64,000 nucleotides of DNA from Archangiaceae bacterium (GCA_037443525.1 JBBIOE010000008.1:2331-66330); one strand, 5' to 3'; counted from the first letter of the stretch, positions 19,181 through 34,214 are shown. Made by a program: numbers and translations. The notes: generated by a model not told the origin, from the sequence alone.

Positions 19181-19437
19181 CAGGTCCCCCCGTCGGCCAG
19201 CAGGCTTTCGATCAACGACCTGCGCCCCAGGTGCCCCCCTTCGCGCACCGGCAGCTCCTCGGCCACCCCCGTGCGCTTCGACCGCGACTCGATGAGCTGC
19301 ATCGGCACCACGATCCCCGCATCCAGCACTCGCAGCTCCGCCTGCCCGGGCCCCCGCCCCGACCTCTCGGCGATCGACAGCGCCAAGACGGTCAGCGCGA
19401 ACCCCACGACGGCTCCAATGGCGATCTGCCGGGACAT
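19180..19437 (-). CDS. Small membrane protein (85 aa, one TM), hypothetical
   Basis: One hydrophobic helix ([19 protein letters not shown]); ATGA-coupled to the downstream lipoprotein gene. Weak SD. Confidence 0.3.
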   Translation of the reverse strand: MSRQIAIGAVVGFALTVLALSIAERSGRGPGQAELRVLDAGIVVPMQLIESRSKRTGVAEELPVREGGHLGRRSLIESLLADGGT

Positions 19438-19512
19438 GAGGTCGCTCTACCTGAAGGCGGAAGCGCTGGTCTACAGTGCGCGCGCCCAAAGGTTCACCTC
19501 GAGAGGCTCACC

Positions 19513-21173
<1,661 letters not shown>

Positions 21174-21174
<1 letters not shown>

Positions 21175-22442
21175 TGTCGCAGTCGTTCGACGTCGTCGTC
21201 CGGAACACCTCCGAGCTCCTCACCTGCGACGGCCCTCTCCACGGCTCCGCGGAGGCGGCGCTCGGCGCCATTCCCCAGGGCGCCGTCGGCCTCCGCGGCG
21301 AAGAGGTGGCCTGGCTGGGGCCCGAGTCGGCGCTCCCCGAGGGCGCCATCGGCCCGGCGACGCGGGTCATCGACGCGCAGGGCGGCTTCGTCGGCCCCGG
21401 CTTCGTCGATCCCCACACCCACCTCGTCTTCGCAGGCGATCGCAGCGTCGAGTTCGAGCAGCGCTGCCAGGGCAAGAGCTACGTCGAGGTCGCCCAGACC
21501 GGCGGCGGCATCATCCGCACGGTCAAGGCCACCCGCGCCGCCCGCGAGGAGACGCTGGTCGAGCTCGCCCTGCCCCGCCTGGTGCGCCTGCTCGCCCAGG
21601 GCGTCACCACCGTCGAGATCAAGAGCGGCTACGGCCTCGACGTCATCGCCGAGCTCACCATGCTGCGCGCGATTCGCCGCTTGGGAGAGATTCAGCCGGT
21701 GAGCGTGGTGCCGACCTTCATGGGGCTGCACTCGCTGCCGGCCGAGTACGCCAGCGATCGCGACGCCTACCTGAAGCTGTGCGTCGACGTGCTCCTGCCG
21801 CAGATCGTCCAGGATCGCCTCGCGCGCTTCGCCGACGTCTTCGTCGAGCGCATCGCCTTCACCGCCGACGAGGCCCGCCGCTTCGCCGCGCGCGCCAAGG
21901 GCGCCGGCCTGAAGCTCCTGCTCCACGTCGACCAGCTCAGCGCGAGCCAGGGCGCGGAGCTCGCCGCCGAGTTGGAGGCCGTCGCCGCCGCGCACCTCGA
22001 GCAGATCACCCCGGCCGGCATCGCCGCGCTGGCGAAGTCGAAGACCGTCGCCCTGCTCGCGCCGATCTCGACCCTCTTCGCGCGCGCCAAACCCTACGCG
22101 CCGGGTCGGGCTCTGCGCGACGCCGGCGTCCAGGTCGCGCTCTGCACCAACGTGAACCCGGGCTCGTCGAACTCGGAGAACGTCTCGCTGGCGATGGGGC
22201 TCGCCTGCCTCGAGAACGGCCTCACCCCCGCCGAGGCCTTCTTGGGCTTCACCCGGGTGGCGGGCCTCGCCCTGGCCGACCCCTCGCTCGGGCGGTTGGC
22301 GGTGGGCGGCCAGGCCGATCTGGTGGTGCACGGCACGGCGAGCTACCGGTTTCTCCCGTACCATCTGGGGATGAACGACGTGCGCCTCGTGGTGAAGGCC
22401 GGCCGGGTCTTCGACTTCACCGGCTCCTCGAGGGGCCGCTAG
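21174..22442 (+). CDS. hutI: Imidazolonepropionase
   Basis: 422 aa; metal-dependent amidohydrolase motifs (GFVDPHTHLVFAGDR). Its start overlaps the hutU stop as TGATG. Confidence 0.9.
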
Positions 22443-22445
22443 CGC

Positions 22446-23189
22446 ATGTGCCGCCTGTTCGCGCTTCGCTCGGCTGACCCCGCGCCGGTGGATCGCGCCT
22501 TCGCCGCGCTTCAAGCGCAGTCTCACGAGCACAAGGACGGCTGGGGCATCGCCACCTTCGACGGCCCGCGCCAGGTCGAGCGCGGCCTGGAGCCCGCCCA
22601 CCAGTCGGCGCGCTTCGCCGACCTCGGCCGCGACCTTCGGAGCGCCCACCTGCTCGCGCACATCCGCCTCGCCTCCGTCGGCGCGGTCACCGCCCAGAAC
22701 GCCCACCCCTTCGTCGCGGGGAGCTGGGCCTTCATGCACAACGGCACCCTGCACCGCTTCGAGCAGCACAAGGCCGCGCTGGACGCGATGATCGCTCCGC
22801 GATGGCGTGAGGGCATTCGCGGGGAGACGGACTCGGAGCGCTGCCTGGGGCTCTTCCTCACCCTCCTCGACGGTGTCGCCGCGCCGACGGTCGCCGACGC
22901 CTCGCGGGCCCTCGCCCGGGTGATGCAGACGGTCGCGGATCTCTTCGATCGCGACGGCGCCGCCAAACCCTGCGCGATGAACTTCCTCGCCTCGAACGGC
23001 AGCGTGCTGGTGGCGAGCCGCCGCGGCCGCACGCTCTGGACCCTCGAGCGCACCCAACAGATCGTCATCGCCAGCGAGCGCCTCTGGGAGGAGCCGGGCT
23101 GGGTCGAGGTCCCCGAGGACGGCGTGATCGGCGTCGACGAGCGCGTAGGGGTGCACCACTCCAGCGTGACCGAGCTGCTCGCGCGCTAG
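22446..23189 (+). CDS. Class-II (Ntn-type) glutamine amidotransferase-like hydrolase (YafJ/EgtC-like)
   Basis: 247 aa; an N-terminal MCRL with the Cys2 nucleophile and a DGWGIA motif. It begins 3 nt after the hutI stop. Confidence 0.65.
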   Translation: MCRLFALRSADPAPVDRAFAALQAQSHEHKDGWGIATFDGPRQVERGLEPAHQSARFADLGRDLRSAHLLAHIRLASVGAVTAQNAHPFVAGSWAFMHNGTLHRFEQHKAALDAMIAPRWREGIRGETDSERCLGLFLTLLDGVAAPTVADASRALARVMQTVADLFDRDGAAKPCAMNFLASNGSVLVASRRGRTLWTLERTQQIVIASERLWEEPGWVEVPEDGVIGVDERVGVHHSSVTELLAR

Positions 23190-23247
23190 CGGCTGCTCGG
23201 TCGGGAACAGTGGACAGCCGGTCCGAAGAGCGCCACACGGCCGAGGC

Positions 23248-24159
23248 GTGAAGCCCAAGGATCTGAAGGCGGAGCACCACTTCGTCGACCTGCCGCGCCT
23301 GCGCATGCACTACGTCGAGAAGGGGCAGGGCCCTCTCGTCCTGCTCCTCCACGGTTTCCCGGAGAGCTGGTGGTCGTGGCGGCACCAGATCGGGCCGCTG
23401 GTCGACGCGGGCTTCCGCGTGGTGGCGCCGGACCTGCGCGGCTACGGCGACACCGACAAGCACGGGCCCTTCGATCTCGACACCCTGGTGCGCGACGTCG
23501 GACACCTGATCGAGTCGCTCGGAGGCGAGCGGAAGGTGCGCCTCGTCGGGCACGACTGGGGCGGCGCGGTGGCGTGGCACCTGGCGTCGTTTCGTCCCGA
23601 CTTCTGCGAGCGGCTCGCGGTCATCAACTGCCCCCACCCCGCGATGATGCGCCGGGCCCTGTTCGAGGAGCCGAGCCTGAGGCAGCTCGCGCGGAGCTGG
23701 TACTTCTTCTTCTTCCAGCTCCCGCTCGTCCCGGAGTGGACGCTCACCCGGCGGCACGCCCGCAACCTCTCGGCGATGCTGCGCGGCAACGCGCTCGACA
23801 AGCAGCACTTCGGGCCCGACGAGATCAAGCCGTTCCGCGACGCGGTGCTCAGGCCCGGCGCGGCCACGGCGATGATCGACTGGTACCGGGCCGCGGTGCG
23901 CGGTGGCATCCGCGAGCGCAAGCACCCGCGCGTCTACCCGGTGATCGATCGCGACGTGCTGCTCCTGTGGGGCGTGAACGATCGCGCGCTCGGCTACAAC
24001 GAGCTCGTCCCCGGGACCGAGGCGTGGGCGCCCCGGGTGAAGATCGAGGGCCTCGAGCCCGCCGGGCACTTCGTGCACGCGGAGCGGCCGGAGGTGGTGA
24101 ACCCCCTGCTGATCGAGTTCCTGAAGGGCACGGCGAGCGCGGCAGCGATTACGAGCTGA
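23248..24159 (+). CDS. Alpha/beta hydrolase (epoxide hydrolase / haloalkane dehalogenase-like)
   Basis: 303 aa; HGFPESWWSWRHQ and GHDWGG (nucleophile elbow) motifs. Confidence 0.8.
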   Translation: MKPKDLKAEHHFVDLPRLRMHYVEKGQGPLVLLLHGFPESWWSWRHQIGPLVDAGFRVVAPDLRGYGDTDKHGPFDLDTLVRDVGHLIESLGGERKVRLVGHDWGGAVAWHLASFRPDFCERLAVINCPHPAMMRRALFEEPSLRQLARSWYFFFFQLPLVPEWTLTRRHARNLSAMLRGNALDKQHFGPDEIKPFRDAVLRPGAATAMIDWYRAAVRGGIRERKHPRVYPVIDRDVLLLWGVNDRALGYNELVPGTEAWAPRVKIEGLEPAGHFVHAERPEVVNPLLIEFLKGTASAAAITS

Positions 24160-24667
24160 GCGCCCAGCCCAGAAGGCCTGCGAGCAGCACCGCGATCGCG
24201 CCATAGCTCGCGCCGTTCGCGCGCCACGCCCAGCCCTTCACGCCCGCCTCCTCGATGTCGTGGAGCAACCAATTCGCGACGAGGTACTCGGCCCAGACCG
24301 AGACGAAGAAGAAGGGAACGCACAGAGACAGGGCCGCAAGGGTCACCATCCAACTCTCGACGTTCGACCCGAGCCACGGCGCCATCACGATCGATTCGAT
24401 GACCTGACTCGTCGTGCTCGAGGGGTGAATCGGAAACGGGAGCACCGGCCCGATGAAGGACTCCGCCAGAACACCAACGCCCCACGTGAGCGGAATCCCC
24501 ACGAGCGTCGAGACGAGGTTCGCGGCGGTCGCGACCTTCAGCGCTCGTCTCCACGAAAGCCCGAGGTGCCGCCGGGCGACCGCGGCCTCGACGAGGGCAA
24601 TGGGAATGTAGAGCACCCAGCTCGCCGGCCAGACGAGCACGAGCATCGGAATCCCGGCGTCAGCCAA
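24149..24667 (-). CDS. Hypothetical integral membrane protein (~4 TM)
   Basis: 172-aa hydrophobic ORF, convergent with the hydrolase and overlapping it by 11 nt. Confidence 0.4.
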   Translation of the reverse strand: MADAGIPMLVLVWPASWVLYIPIALVEAAVARRHLGLSWRRALKVATAANLVSTLVGIPLTWGVGVLAESFIGPVLPFPIHPSSTTSQVIESIVMAPWLGSNVESWMVTLAALSLCVPFFFVSVWAEYLVANWLLHDIEEAGVKGWAWRANGASYGAIAVLLAGLLGWALSS

Positions 24668-24741
24668 AGCCGTTGCAGGACCAAGTCACACCAGCACCAG
24701 CAGTGCGGCGCTCGACCCACCCGCTCGCGCGCGGGACGGTC

Positions 24742-25218
24742 TCACGACTCGGGTATCCACCGGTCGAGGAGCGCTTCGGAGGCCTCCCCGCTGGAGCTCG
24801 CGACGAGCCGGCGCGTGTCCGGCGTCACGACTGCGAGCACCACGCGCAAGTGGTCCGTCGGCGCCGCGCTCGGGACGTTGTCGATCCACTCCACCAGGAA
24901 CGCGCCCGGCCCCTCGAAGAGATCGAAGAAGCCCGTCGCGTACAGATCGGCCTCCGAAGTGAGGCGGTAGAGGTCGGCGTGGTGCAGCGCAATGCGCCCC
25001 CGGTACGATTGGATGATCGAGTACGTCGGGCTCGAGACGTCGTCGAGCGGCACGCCCACGCCCTGCGCCACGCCGCGCGAGAAGAGCGTCTTCCCTGCCC
25101 CGAGCTGGCCGACGAGCCCCACGAAGTCCCCATCGCGCAAGGCCTCGCCGAGCCTCACCCCGAGCGCGAACGTCTCGTCCGCCGATCCGCTGGTCAGGAT
25201 CACCGATCGGCCGTTCAT
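24742..25218 (-). CDS. tsaE: tRNA threonylcarbamoyladenosine biosynthesis ATPase TsaE (YjeE)
   Basis: 158 aa; P-loop GQLGAGKT; ATGA overlap with nnr. Confidence 0.8.
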   Translation of the reverse strand: MNGRSVILTSGSADETFALGVRLGEALRDGDFVGLVGQLGAGKTLFSRGVAQGVGVPLDDVSSPTYSIIQSYRGRIALHHADLYRLTSEADLYATGFFDLFEGPGAFLVEWIDNVPSAAPTDHLRVVLAVVTPDTRRLVASSSGEASEALLDRWIPES

Positions 25219-26855
25219 CGCCCCAGCTCCGCCCACACCCGGCCGAGGCCCACGAGCAGATCGGACGCGATGAGCCCCAGCTGCCCGCGCTCGGGGAGCA
25301 TCAGGTCCCCTGCCCGGCCGTGCGCCCACACGCCGACGATGGCCGCGTCCAGCGCCGTGAGCCCCTGGGCGAGGAGCGCGGCGATCACGCCCGACAGGAC
25401 GTCGCCGGTGCCGGCGGTGGCCATGCCGGGGTTCCCGGTGGGGTTGATGAACAGCGTGCCGTCGGGGGCGGCGACGAGCGTCCGCGCCCCCTTCAACACC
25501 ACCACTGCGCCGGACGACGCCGCCAGCTCCCTCGCCAGGGCCGGCCGCCGGCGCTGAATCTCCGCCGTCGTCGTACCCATCAGGCGCGCCATCTCTCCCG
25601 GATGCGGCGTGAGGACCACCGCGCTCGCGTGACCGGAGAGCGCCCGCCGGTCGTCCGCCACCGCGTTCAGCGCGTCGGCGTCGAGCACCATCGGCGCCTT
25701 CACCTGGGCCAGGAGCCGTCCGAGCACCGCCGGCGTCTCGTCCCCGCGGGGAATGCCGGGGCCGATCACGATCGCCTGCTTCCCCTCGGCCGCCTCGAGG
25801 AGCGCCGGTAGATCCGCGAGACTCAGCGTCGAATCGCTCCGCGCGCTCGGCTGCGGCCGGCCCTGTTCGCGCTGAGCGCGCCGACGCGGTCCTTCCGCGC
25901 GAGGAGCCCTTCGGGCTCCCTTCTGCCCGTAGGCTGACGGTGCCGAGCGCTGTTCCAGCACCGTCCCCATCAACTCCGGCGCGTGCGCCTGTGCCTCGGC
26001 CAGCGCGTCCGCGCGCGAGCACACCGTCACCAAGCCCGCCCCGCCTCTGAGCGCCCCGAGCCCCGACAGCGCGGCGGCACCGGACTTTCCGTGGCTTCCG
26101 GCGACGACGAGCACGTGCCCGAAGCTGCCCTTGTGCGTGTTCGCGCCGCGCCTCGGCAGCCGCGCCGTCACCGCCTCGGCGTCGATGAGCCACGCCGCCG
26201 GCCCCGACAGCGCGCTCTCCGCCGCCGGCGGTATCCCGATGTCCGCGATCTCCAGCTCGCCGCACAGCGAGAGCCCAGGCTCGATCGCCTGCCCCAGCTT
26301 CGCGAACCCGAGGCTCACCGTCGCGTCCGCCTGCACGCATGGAGAGAACGGCTGGCCGGTGTCGCCGTCGAGGCCGGAGGGCAGATCGGCGGCGAGCACC
26401 GTCGCCCCACCCTGGCGCCACGCCGCGATGCGCTCGATCACCTCGGCGAAGCGCCCCTCCGGCGCCCGCGTGAGCCCAGTGCCGAAGATCGCGTCGACGA
26501 TCACGTCGCCGGCGCGCACGTCGCCTTTGACGATTGGCCCCACCGAGGCGCCCGAGCCCGCCAGACGCCCCCAGTTCAGCGCCGCGTCACCCTTGAGCCG
26601 CTCCGCCTCGCCGAGGAGCTCGAGGAACACCCGCCGCCCCCGCGCCGCGAGCCGCCGCGCCACCACGAACCCGTCGCCGCCGTTGTTCCCGGGGCCCGCG
26701 ACCACGAAGAAGCGCGCCTCGGCGCCACCGAGCACGAGCGCCCGCACCGCCAGCGCCTCGCCGGCGTGCTCCATCAGCTCGGTCGTCGAGACCCCGTGGC
26801 GGGGCGAAGCGCCATCCACCGCCCGCATCTGCTCGGCGGTGAGGGCTCGCTTCAC
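25215..26855 (-). CDS. nnr: Bifunctional NAD(P)H-hydrate repair enzyme Nnr (YjeF-N epimerase + YjeF-C dehydratase)
   Basis: 546 aa; YjeF-N (GPGNNGGDG) and YjeF-C (carbohydrate kinase-like) halves, separated by an Arg/Pro-rich low-complexity insert. Its GTG start overlaps the pdxJ stop. Confidence 0.8.
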   Translation of the reverse strand: MKRALTAEQMRAVDGASPRHGVSTTELMEHAGEALAVRALVLGGAEARFFVVAGPGNNGGDGFVVARRLAARGRRVFLELLGEAERLKGDAALNWGRLAGSGASVGPIVKGDVRAGDVIVDAIFGTGLTRAPEGRFAEVIERIAAWRQGGATVLAADLPSGLDGDTGQPFSPCVQADATVSLGFAKLGQAIEPGLSLCGELEIADIGIPPAAESALSGPAAWLIDAEAVTARLPRRGANTHKGSFGHVLVVAGSHGKSGAAALSGLGALRGGAGLVTVCSRADALAEAQAHAPELMGTVLEQRSAPSAYGQKGARRAPRAEGPRRRAQREQGRPQPSARSDSTLSLADLPALLEAAEGKQAIVIGPGIPRGDETPAVLGRLLAQVKAPMVLDADALNAVADDRRALSGHASAVVLTPHPGEMARLMGTTTAEIQRRRPALARELAASSGAVVVLKGARTLVAAPDGTLFINPTGNPGMATAGTGDVLSGVIAALLAQGLTALDAAIVGVWAHGRAGDLMLPERGQLGLIASDLLVGLGRVWAELGR

Positions 26856-27574
26856 GGCCGCTCCAGGATCTCCACCATCTCGCGCACCGCGCGCTCGAAG
26901 CCGACCAGCACCGCCCGAGCCACGATGGAGTGCCCGATGTTGAGCTCGTCGATCTCCTCGATGCGCGCGATGGCCCGCACGTTCTCGTAGTTGAGCCCGT
27001 GCCCCGCCGCGCAGCCCATGCCGAGCTTCACCGCCGTCTTGGCCGCGTCGACGATGCGCGCGAGCTCCTTCTGGCGGTCCTTCGCGGTGCGGGCCTCGCA
27101 GTAGCGCCCGGTGTGGAGCTCCACCCGATCGGCGCTCACCCGGTGCGAGCTCTTCACCTGATCGAGATCGGGGTCGATGAAGAGAGAGACGATCACGTCG
27201 CCGTCCTTCAACGTCTTCACCGTGCGCGCGATGGTCTCCTTCTGGGAGTTCACGTCCAGGCCGCCCTCGGTGGTGAGCTCCTCGCGCCGCTCCGGCACCA
27301 GCGTCACCATGTCGGGCTTGTATTCGTAGGCGACCTTCACCATCTCCTGGGTGGCGGCCATCTCCAGATTCAAGAGCGACTGCGTCGTCTCGCGCAGGAC
27401 CTTCAGGTCGCGGTCCTGAATGTGGCGGCGATCCTCGCGCAGGTGAATGGTGATCTGCCGCGCGCCGGCGAGCTCGGCCATCGCGGCCGCGGTGACCGGG
27501 TCGGGGTACGTCACCTTGCGGGCCTGCCGCAACGTGGCGACGTGATCGACGTTCACTCCGAGGCGCTGAGTCAT
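26852..27574 (-). CDS. pdxJ: Pyridoxine 5'-phosphate synthase
   Basis: 240 aa; [14 protein letters not shown] and [10 protein letters not shown] motifs. Confidence 0.9.
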   Translation of the reverse strand: MTQRLGVNVDHVATLRQARKVTYPDPVTAAAMAELAGARQITIHLREDRRHIQDRDLKVLRETTQSLLNLEMAATQEMVKVAYEYKPDMVTLVPERREELTTEGGLDVNSQKETIARTVKTLKDGDVIVSLFIDPDLDQVKSSHRVSADRVELHTGRYCEARTAKDRQKELARIVDAAKTAVKLGMGCAAGHGLNYENVRAIARIEEIDELNIGHSIVARAVLVGFERAVREMVEILERP

Positions 27575-27630
27575 GCGGCGATTCTTACCCCGGGAATGCG
27601 CGAACGTCGTGGAAACGACTGACGGGCGCC

Positions 27631-28398
27631 TCAGCCCACGATCGAGCGCAGCACCGTGTCCGGCGCCTCCTCGGGCACGCTGTGACCCACCCGCGGCAGC
27701 ACCCAGCACTCGGCGCCGAGGTCCCTCGCCAGCGCGTCCGCCTGGCTCGCCGGCAGGAGCGGATCGCGCTCGCCCCACAACACCCGCCTCGGGAACGTCC
27801 CCCGGCTCAGCGCCGCGTGCGGCAGGCGGTACCCGGCCATGGCCCGCGACGCGTCCATCAGCGCGTCGGCGAAGCCCGGCGTCTTCACCGCGGCGAGGTA
27901 GTGATCGACGTGCGCGTCCGGCATCCGCGCGGGCTCGCCCCACAGCCACTGCAGGTAGGTCTTGAGCACCGGCCGCAGACCCACCAGCGGTGTCAGCAGC
28001 AGCGCGCCGAAGTCGGCCGCCGGGTGCGAGAGGAAGAGCCCCGCCTCCACCGGCACGCCCATCGCCGGAGCGCTCGCCAGGGTGAGGGAGAGCACCCGGT
28101 CCGGCACCTCGGCCGCGAGCTCCGCCGCCACCAGCCCGCCGAAGGAGTGCCCGAAGATCCGGAAGCGCTCCACCCCGAGCTCCAAGAGCAGCTCGTTCAG
28201 CCCCTTCGCGATGGCCCGCGGCGTCGACTCCGCCCAGCGGCCCGAGCGTCCGTTGCGCGGGAGGTCCACGGCGAGGAAGCGATACCTCGGCACCCCCGCC
28301 TCGATGACCGCGTCGAAGACCCGGTGGGAGGCGCCCATGCCGTGCACCAGCACGATCGCCTCGCCCTGCCCTTCGTCGCGGACGAACAGCTCCCTCAC
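27631..28398 (-). CDS. Alpha/beta hydrolase
   Basis: 255 aa from the GTG at 28398, which overlaps the glmM stop as GTGA. It carries HGMGAS and GHSFGG (Ser nucleophile) motifs. Confidence 0.7.
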   Translation of the reverse strand: MRELFVRDEGQGEAIVLVHGMGASHRVFDAVIEAGVPRYRFLAVDLPRNGRSGRWAESTPRAIAKGLNELLLELGVERFRIFGHSFGGLVAAELAAEVPDRVLSLTLASAPAMGVPVEAGLFLSHPAADFGALLLTPLVGLRPVLKTYLQWLWGEPARMPDAHVDHYLAAVKTPGFADALMDASRAMAGYRLPHAALSRGTFPRRVLWGERDPLLPASQADALARDLGAECWVLPRVGHSVPEEAPDTVLRSIVG

Positions 28399-29774
28399 GC
28401 CAGCGCGCGCTTCAACGCGTCTCCGATGTCGTCGGCGTACTGGCGGTTCTTCTTCGCGTCGGTGCCCTCGACCAGCACGCGCACCTTGGGCTCGGTGCCC
28501 GAGTAGCGAACGAAGACGCGCCCGTTCTTGCCCAGCGCCTTCTCCACCGACTTGATCCGCTTCTGCACCTCGGGCAGCGCCGACAGCTCGCGCTTCTCCT
28601 TCACCACCAGGTTCAAGAGCGTCTGCGGCACCGGCTGGAAGATGGTCTTCAGCTCGCTCATCGGCTTCTTGGTGCGGCACATCAGCGCCAGCACCTGCAG
28701 GGCCGCCAGGGTGCCGTCGCCGGTGGTCGCGTGATCGAGGAAGACCAGGTGCCCCGACTGCTCGCCGCCCAGCGTGTAGCCGTGCTTGCGCATCTCCTCG
28801 ACGACGTAGCGATCGCCGACCTTGGTGCGCACCACTTTCACGCCCCACCGGGCCACCGCGCGCTCCAGGCCGATGTTGCTCATCACCGTGGTGACCAGCG
28901 TGCTCTTCTTCAGCGCCTTCTGCTCCACCAGCTCGCCGGTGCAGATGGCCATGATGGCGTCGCCGTCGACCACCGAGCCCTTCTCGTCCACCACGATCAG
29001 CCGGTCCGCGTCGCCGTCGAGCGCGATGCCCAGGTCGGCCTTGTGCTTGAGCACCTGCGCCTGGAGCGCCTCCGGGTGGAGCGCGCCGCAGCGGGCGTTG
29101 ATGTTCTTCCCGTCGGGGTCGACGCCGATGGAGATGACCTTCGCGCCCAGCTCCTCCAGCACCTCCGGCGCCACGCGGTACGCCGCGCCGTGCGCGCAGT
29201 CGACCACCAGCGTCAGCCCTTCCAGCGTCAGCTCTCGGGGGAAGGTGTTCTTGAGGAACACGATGTAGCGGCCGCGGGCGTCGTCGAGGCGGATAGCGCC
29301 ACCGACCTTCGTCGCCGTGGGCCTCAGGCTGTCGAGGGCCTTCTCGAAGATGAGCTGCTCGATCTTCGCCTCGGTCTCGTCGGGCAGCTTGAAGCCGTCG
29401 CGCCAGAAGAACTTGATGCCGTTGTCCTGGTACGGGTTGTGCGAGGCGGAGATCACCGCGCCCGCGTCACAGCGCATCGAGGTGGTGAGGTTCGCCACCG
29501 CGGGCGTGGGCAAGGGCCCCACCAGCTCCACGTCGACGCCCATGGACATGATGCCCGACGCGAGGGCGTTCTCGATCAGGTAGCCCGACAGGCGCGTGTC
29601 CTTGCCGATGATGACGCGGTGCCGGTGCGGGCCGTTGCGGATGATGTACGCGAGCGCTCGCCCGAGCTGCATCGCCATCTCGGCGGTCATGGGGAAGACG
29701 TTGGCGACGCCGCGAACGCCGTCGGTGCCGAAGAGGCGGGGGTGGCCGTTGCCGTTGGTTTCGTGACTCGCCAT
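28395..29774 (-). CDS. glmM: Phosphoglucosamine mutase
   Basis: 459 aa; GTDGVRG and the active-site ASHNP region. The ftsH-folP-glmM order is conserved. Confidence 0.9.
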   Translation of the reverse strand: MASHETNGNGHPRLFGTDGVRGVANVFPMTAEMAMQLGRALAYIIRNGPHRHRVIIGKDTRLSGYLIENALASGIMSMGVDVELVGPLPTPAVANLTTSMRCDAGAVISASHNPYQDNGIKFFWRDGFKLPDETEAKIEQLIFEKALDSLRPTATKVGGAIRLDDARGRYIVFLKNTFPRELTLEGLTLVVDCAHGAAYRVAPEVLEELGAKVISIGVDPDGKNINARCGALHPEALQAQVLKHKADLGIALDGDADRLIVVDEKGSVVDGDAIMAICTGELVEQKALKKSTLVTTVMSNIGLERAVARWGVKVVRTKVGDRYVVEEMRKHGYTLGGEQSGHLVFLDHATTGDGTLAALQVLALMCRTKKPMSELKTIFQPVPQTLLNLVVKEKRELSALPEVQKRIKSVEKALGKNGRVFVRYSGTEPKVRVLVEGTDAKKNRQYADDIGDALKRALA

Positions 29775-29812
29775 GTCGCCTCTCTATACCCTGCGCGGAT
29801 CGGGTGGGAGCC

Positions 29813-31048
29813 TCAGGAAGGCCCCGCCCCGAAGAGCAGGCCCGCCTCGCGCGCCTGGCGAATCGCCTCGGCGACGAGCACGGCGTCGCGGGTCTCGCGG
29901 ACGTCGTGGACCCGTACGAAGTCGGCCGCGCCGCTGGCCACCGCCACCGCCACCGAGGCCGCGCTGGCCACGATGCGCTCCTCGGCTTGCCGGCCGCCCA
30001 GCACCTTCGAGAGCGTCGACTTGCGGCTCGTGCCCAACAGCACCGGGCAGCCGAGCAGCCGCAGGTCTCCCAGGCGGCGGACCAGGTGCAGGTTGTGCCC
30101 GGGCGTCTTCCCGAAGCCGAAGCCGGGGTCGACGATCATTCGCTCGCGCGGGACGCCGGCCACCTGCCCTCGCAAGAGCCCCGCCTCGAGCTCCACCAAG
30201 AGCTCCTCGATCAGATCGTCGTAGGTGGGCGCCGCCTGCATCGTCCGCGGCTCGCCCTGCATGTGCATCAGGCAGGCGGCGGCGCCGGTCTCGGCGACCG
30301 CCCGGGCCATCTCGGGGTCCCGAAAGCCGGTGACGTCGTTGACGAGGTGGGCGCCCGCCTCGACCGCCCGGCGGGCGACCTCGGGCTTCATGGTGTCGAT
30401 GGAGAGCGGCGTCTCGGGCACCGCCGCGCGCAGGGCCTCGATCACCGGCAGCACCCGCGAGAGCTCCTCGTCGGCCGTCACCGGCGCCGCGCCTGGCCGC
30501 GTCGACTCGCCGCCCACGTCGAGGAGATCGGCGCCCTCGTCCACCATGGCCCGGGCATGGGCCACGGCCGCGTCGCGCCCGTGGAACTTGCCGCCGTCGG
30601 AGAACGAGTCGGGCGTCACGTTGAGCACGCCCATGATGAACGTGCGAGCGCCGAACTCGAACCGCCGGGGCCCGAGCTGGAGCGCGGGCGGACGCTGGGT
30701 GAGCCGATCGAGCCGGGCGAAGGCCTGGGCCAGCGCGCCCTCCACCCCGCTCTGGTCCTCGCCCGCCAGCTCGTCGAGCTCCTGGGTGAGCTTCCGGAAG
30801 CCGCCGCGCCGGCCCTGCAGCACCAGGGCGCCGCGCTCGTAAGACTCCGCCAGCAGCGAGAGCACGCGCGAGGAGCGCACCAGGGCGACCGCGTCGGGCA
30901 CCTGCTCGGCCTCGAGCCCCGTCACCAGCACGATCCACGACGTGAGCTCGCCGTCGCGCACCGGGTCGGTGCTGTCGATGGCGAGGCGATCGAGCGCCAG
31001 GGAGAGCGCCGTGACGTCTTCAGCCGTGACCCGCCTGGCGAGGATCAT
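29813..31048 (-). CDS. folP: Dihydropteroate synthase with a ~125-aa in-frame N-terminal extension
   Basis: The core (…IMGVLNVTPDSFSDGG… to the end, ~285 aa) is clearly dihydropteroate synthase. The frame stays open for 125 aa upstream to the ATG at 31048 (MILARRVTAEDV…). Confidence 0.75.
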   Translation of the reverse strand: MILARRVTAEDVTALSLALDRLAIDSTDPVRDGELTSWIVLVTGLEAEQVPDAVALVRSSRVLSLLAESYERGALVLQGRRGGFRKLTQELDELAGEDQSGVEGALAQAFARLDRLTQRPPALQLGPRRFEFGARTFIMGVLNVTPDSFSDGGKFHGRDAAVAHARAMVDEGADLLDVGGESTRPGAAPVTADEELSRVLPVIEALRAAVPETPLSIDTMKPEVARRAVEAGAHLVNDVTGFRDPEMARAVAETGAAACLMHMQGEPRTMQAAPTYDDLIEELLVELEAGLLRGQVAGVPRERMIVDPGFGFGKTPGHNLHLVRRLGDLRLLGCPVLLGTSRKSTLSKVLGGRQAEERIVASAASVAVAVASGAADFVRVHDVRETRDAVLVAEAIRQAREAGLLFGAGPS

Positions 31049-31104
31049 CTCGAACCGATGCCCCGAGCGGTGTCGAGGGGCCCTCTTCTTCTTGGATTCG
31101 GCAC

Positions 31105-31176
31105 CCTTCGACTCGCTCAGGGTGAACGGCGGGCCCTCTCGACGCGCTCGGGGCGAACGGTGGACCCGTTCGCCCC
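31105..31176. repeat. Member of the same repeat family (CCTTCGACTCGCTCAGGGTGAACGGCGGGCCC) plus an 11-bp-arm palindrome GGGGCGAACGG-TGGACC-CGTTCGCCCC, downstream of ftsH
   Basis: Seen directly in the ftsH-folP intergenic region. It shares the CGCTC-GG-TGAACGG core with the 58.9-59.2 kb copies. Confidence 0.45.
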
Positions 31177-31211
31177 GAAAGCAAGATCGACGGGCTGCTC
31201 TTCTCTTGGCG

Positions 31212-33137
<1,926 letters not shown>

Positions 33138-33200
33138 GGCTAGGAAACCCTTTCAAATCGGCTCGGCGGAGGCCGACGGCAAACGTCCATTGGTTATAAC

Positions 33201-34214
33201 TCATCTCCCTACGTCGCGCCCGTCAGGGACGAGTGAAGATGTGTGAAGCCCTCGAGGCGGCGCCGCAACCACTTCCACCAAGCCTTCGAGGCAGGTCAAC
33301 ACCCGATCCCCGGGGAGCGTTCCTCTCCGGCCCTCCGCGATCGCACTGAGGGCGTCCTCGATGGCGTCGGCGTCGACGGCCACCCCTGCCCGAGCGAGGA
33401 AGAGGGCCAGCACCCGCCGCCGCAGCGGGCGCTCGAGGGCCGTGAGCGCCACCTGGTCGAGCGCGCCCGACAGCGACACCCGCTCGAAGGCCCGCTCCGC
33501 CGCCGCGGTGATCCAGGCGTCGTCCTCGGCCGCCAGCGCCGAGAAGCGGGCCAGGGCGGGCGCCACCTCGTGCCCCGCCGCGCGGGAGAGCGCGGGCAGC
33601 ACCTCGGCGCGGAGGCGCACGCGCAGGAAGGCCGGGTCCTCGTTCATCGGGTCCTTCGCCGCGTCGAGCCCCAGCGCCCGGACATAGGCGTGCGTCTCCT
33701 CTCGGGTGGCGAACAGCAGCGGCCGCACCACGCCGTCCGCCCGATGCTCGTGAATTCCCGCCGCGCCGGCGAGCGAGGTGCCGCGCACCAGGCGCGACAG
33801 GAGCGTCTCCGCCTGATCGCTGGCGGTGTGCCCGGTGAGGACGACGTCGAGCCCGCGCTCGCGCTTGAGCCGCAGCAAGGCCTCGTAGCGCAGCGCCCGT
33901 GCCCGGGCCTCCACCCCAGGGCCCGGAGCGAGGGAGAGCTTGGGCGCATGAAAGTGGAGCCGGTGCGCCGTGGCCCGGGCCTCGACCAAGTCCACCTCGG
34001 CCCGCACGTCGCGCAGGCCGTGATCGACGCAGGCGACCTCCACGCCTTCGCCGCCTGCCGAGCGCGCGATCGCCTCCAGCAGCGCCAGCGAATCGGCCCC
34101 GCCCGAGACGGCCAAGAGAGTTGTCCGCCGCCAAACTCCAAGCCTGCGGAGTGAGGCACTTACGCGTCCCACGAAGGAAGCAACCGATGGATTTTCTTTG
34201 GGGCTCCCCGGCAT
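33201..34214 (-). CDS. tilS: tRNA(Ile)-lysidine synthetase (short form)
   Basis: 337 aa from the ATG at 34214 with AAGGA 11 nt upstream. It has the PP-loop SGGADS. It sits adjacent to ftsH, as commonly found. Confidence 0.8.
   Translation of the reverse strand: MPGSPKENPSVASFVGRVSASLRRLGVWRRTTLLAVSGGADSLALLEAIARSAGGEGVEVACVDHGLRDVRAEVDLVEARATAHRLHFHAPKLSLAPGPGVEARARALRYEALLRLKRERGLDVVLTGHTASDQAETLLSRLVRGTSLAGAAGIHEHRADGVVRPLLFATREETHAYVRALGLDAAKDPMNEDPAFLRVRLRAEVLPALSRAAGHEVAPALARFSALAAEDDAWITAAAERAFERVSLSGALDQVALTALERPLRRRVLALFLARAGVAVDADAIEDALSAIAEGRRGTLPGDRVLTCLEGLVEVVAAPPRGLHTSSLVPDGRDVGR

Noticed and set aside
24742-26421. 559-aa ORF spanning tsaE and part of nnr
   Set aside because: It is a composite. 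Only the last 158 aa (from MNGRSVIL at 25218) are TsaE. The upstream part is an out-of-frame read of nnr.
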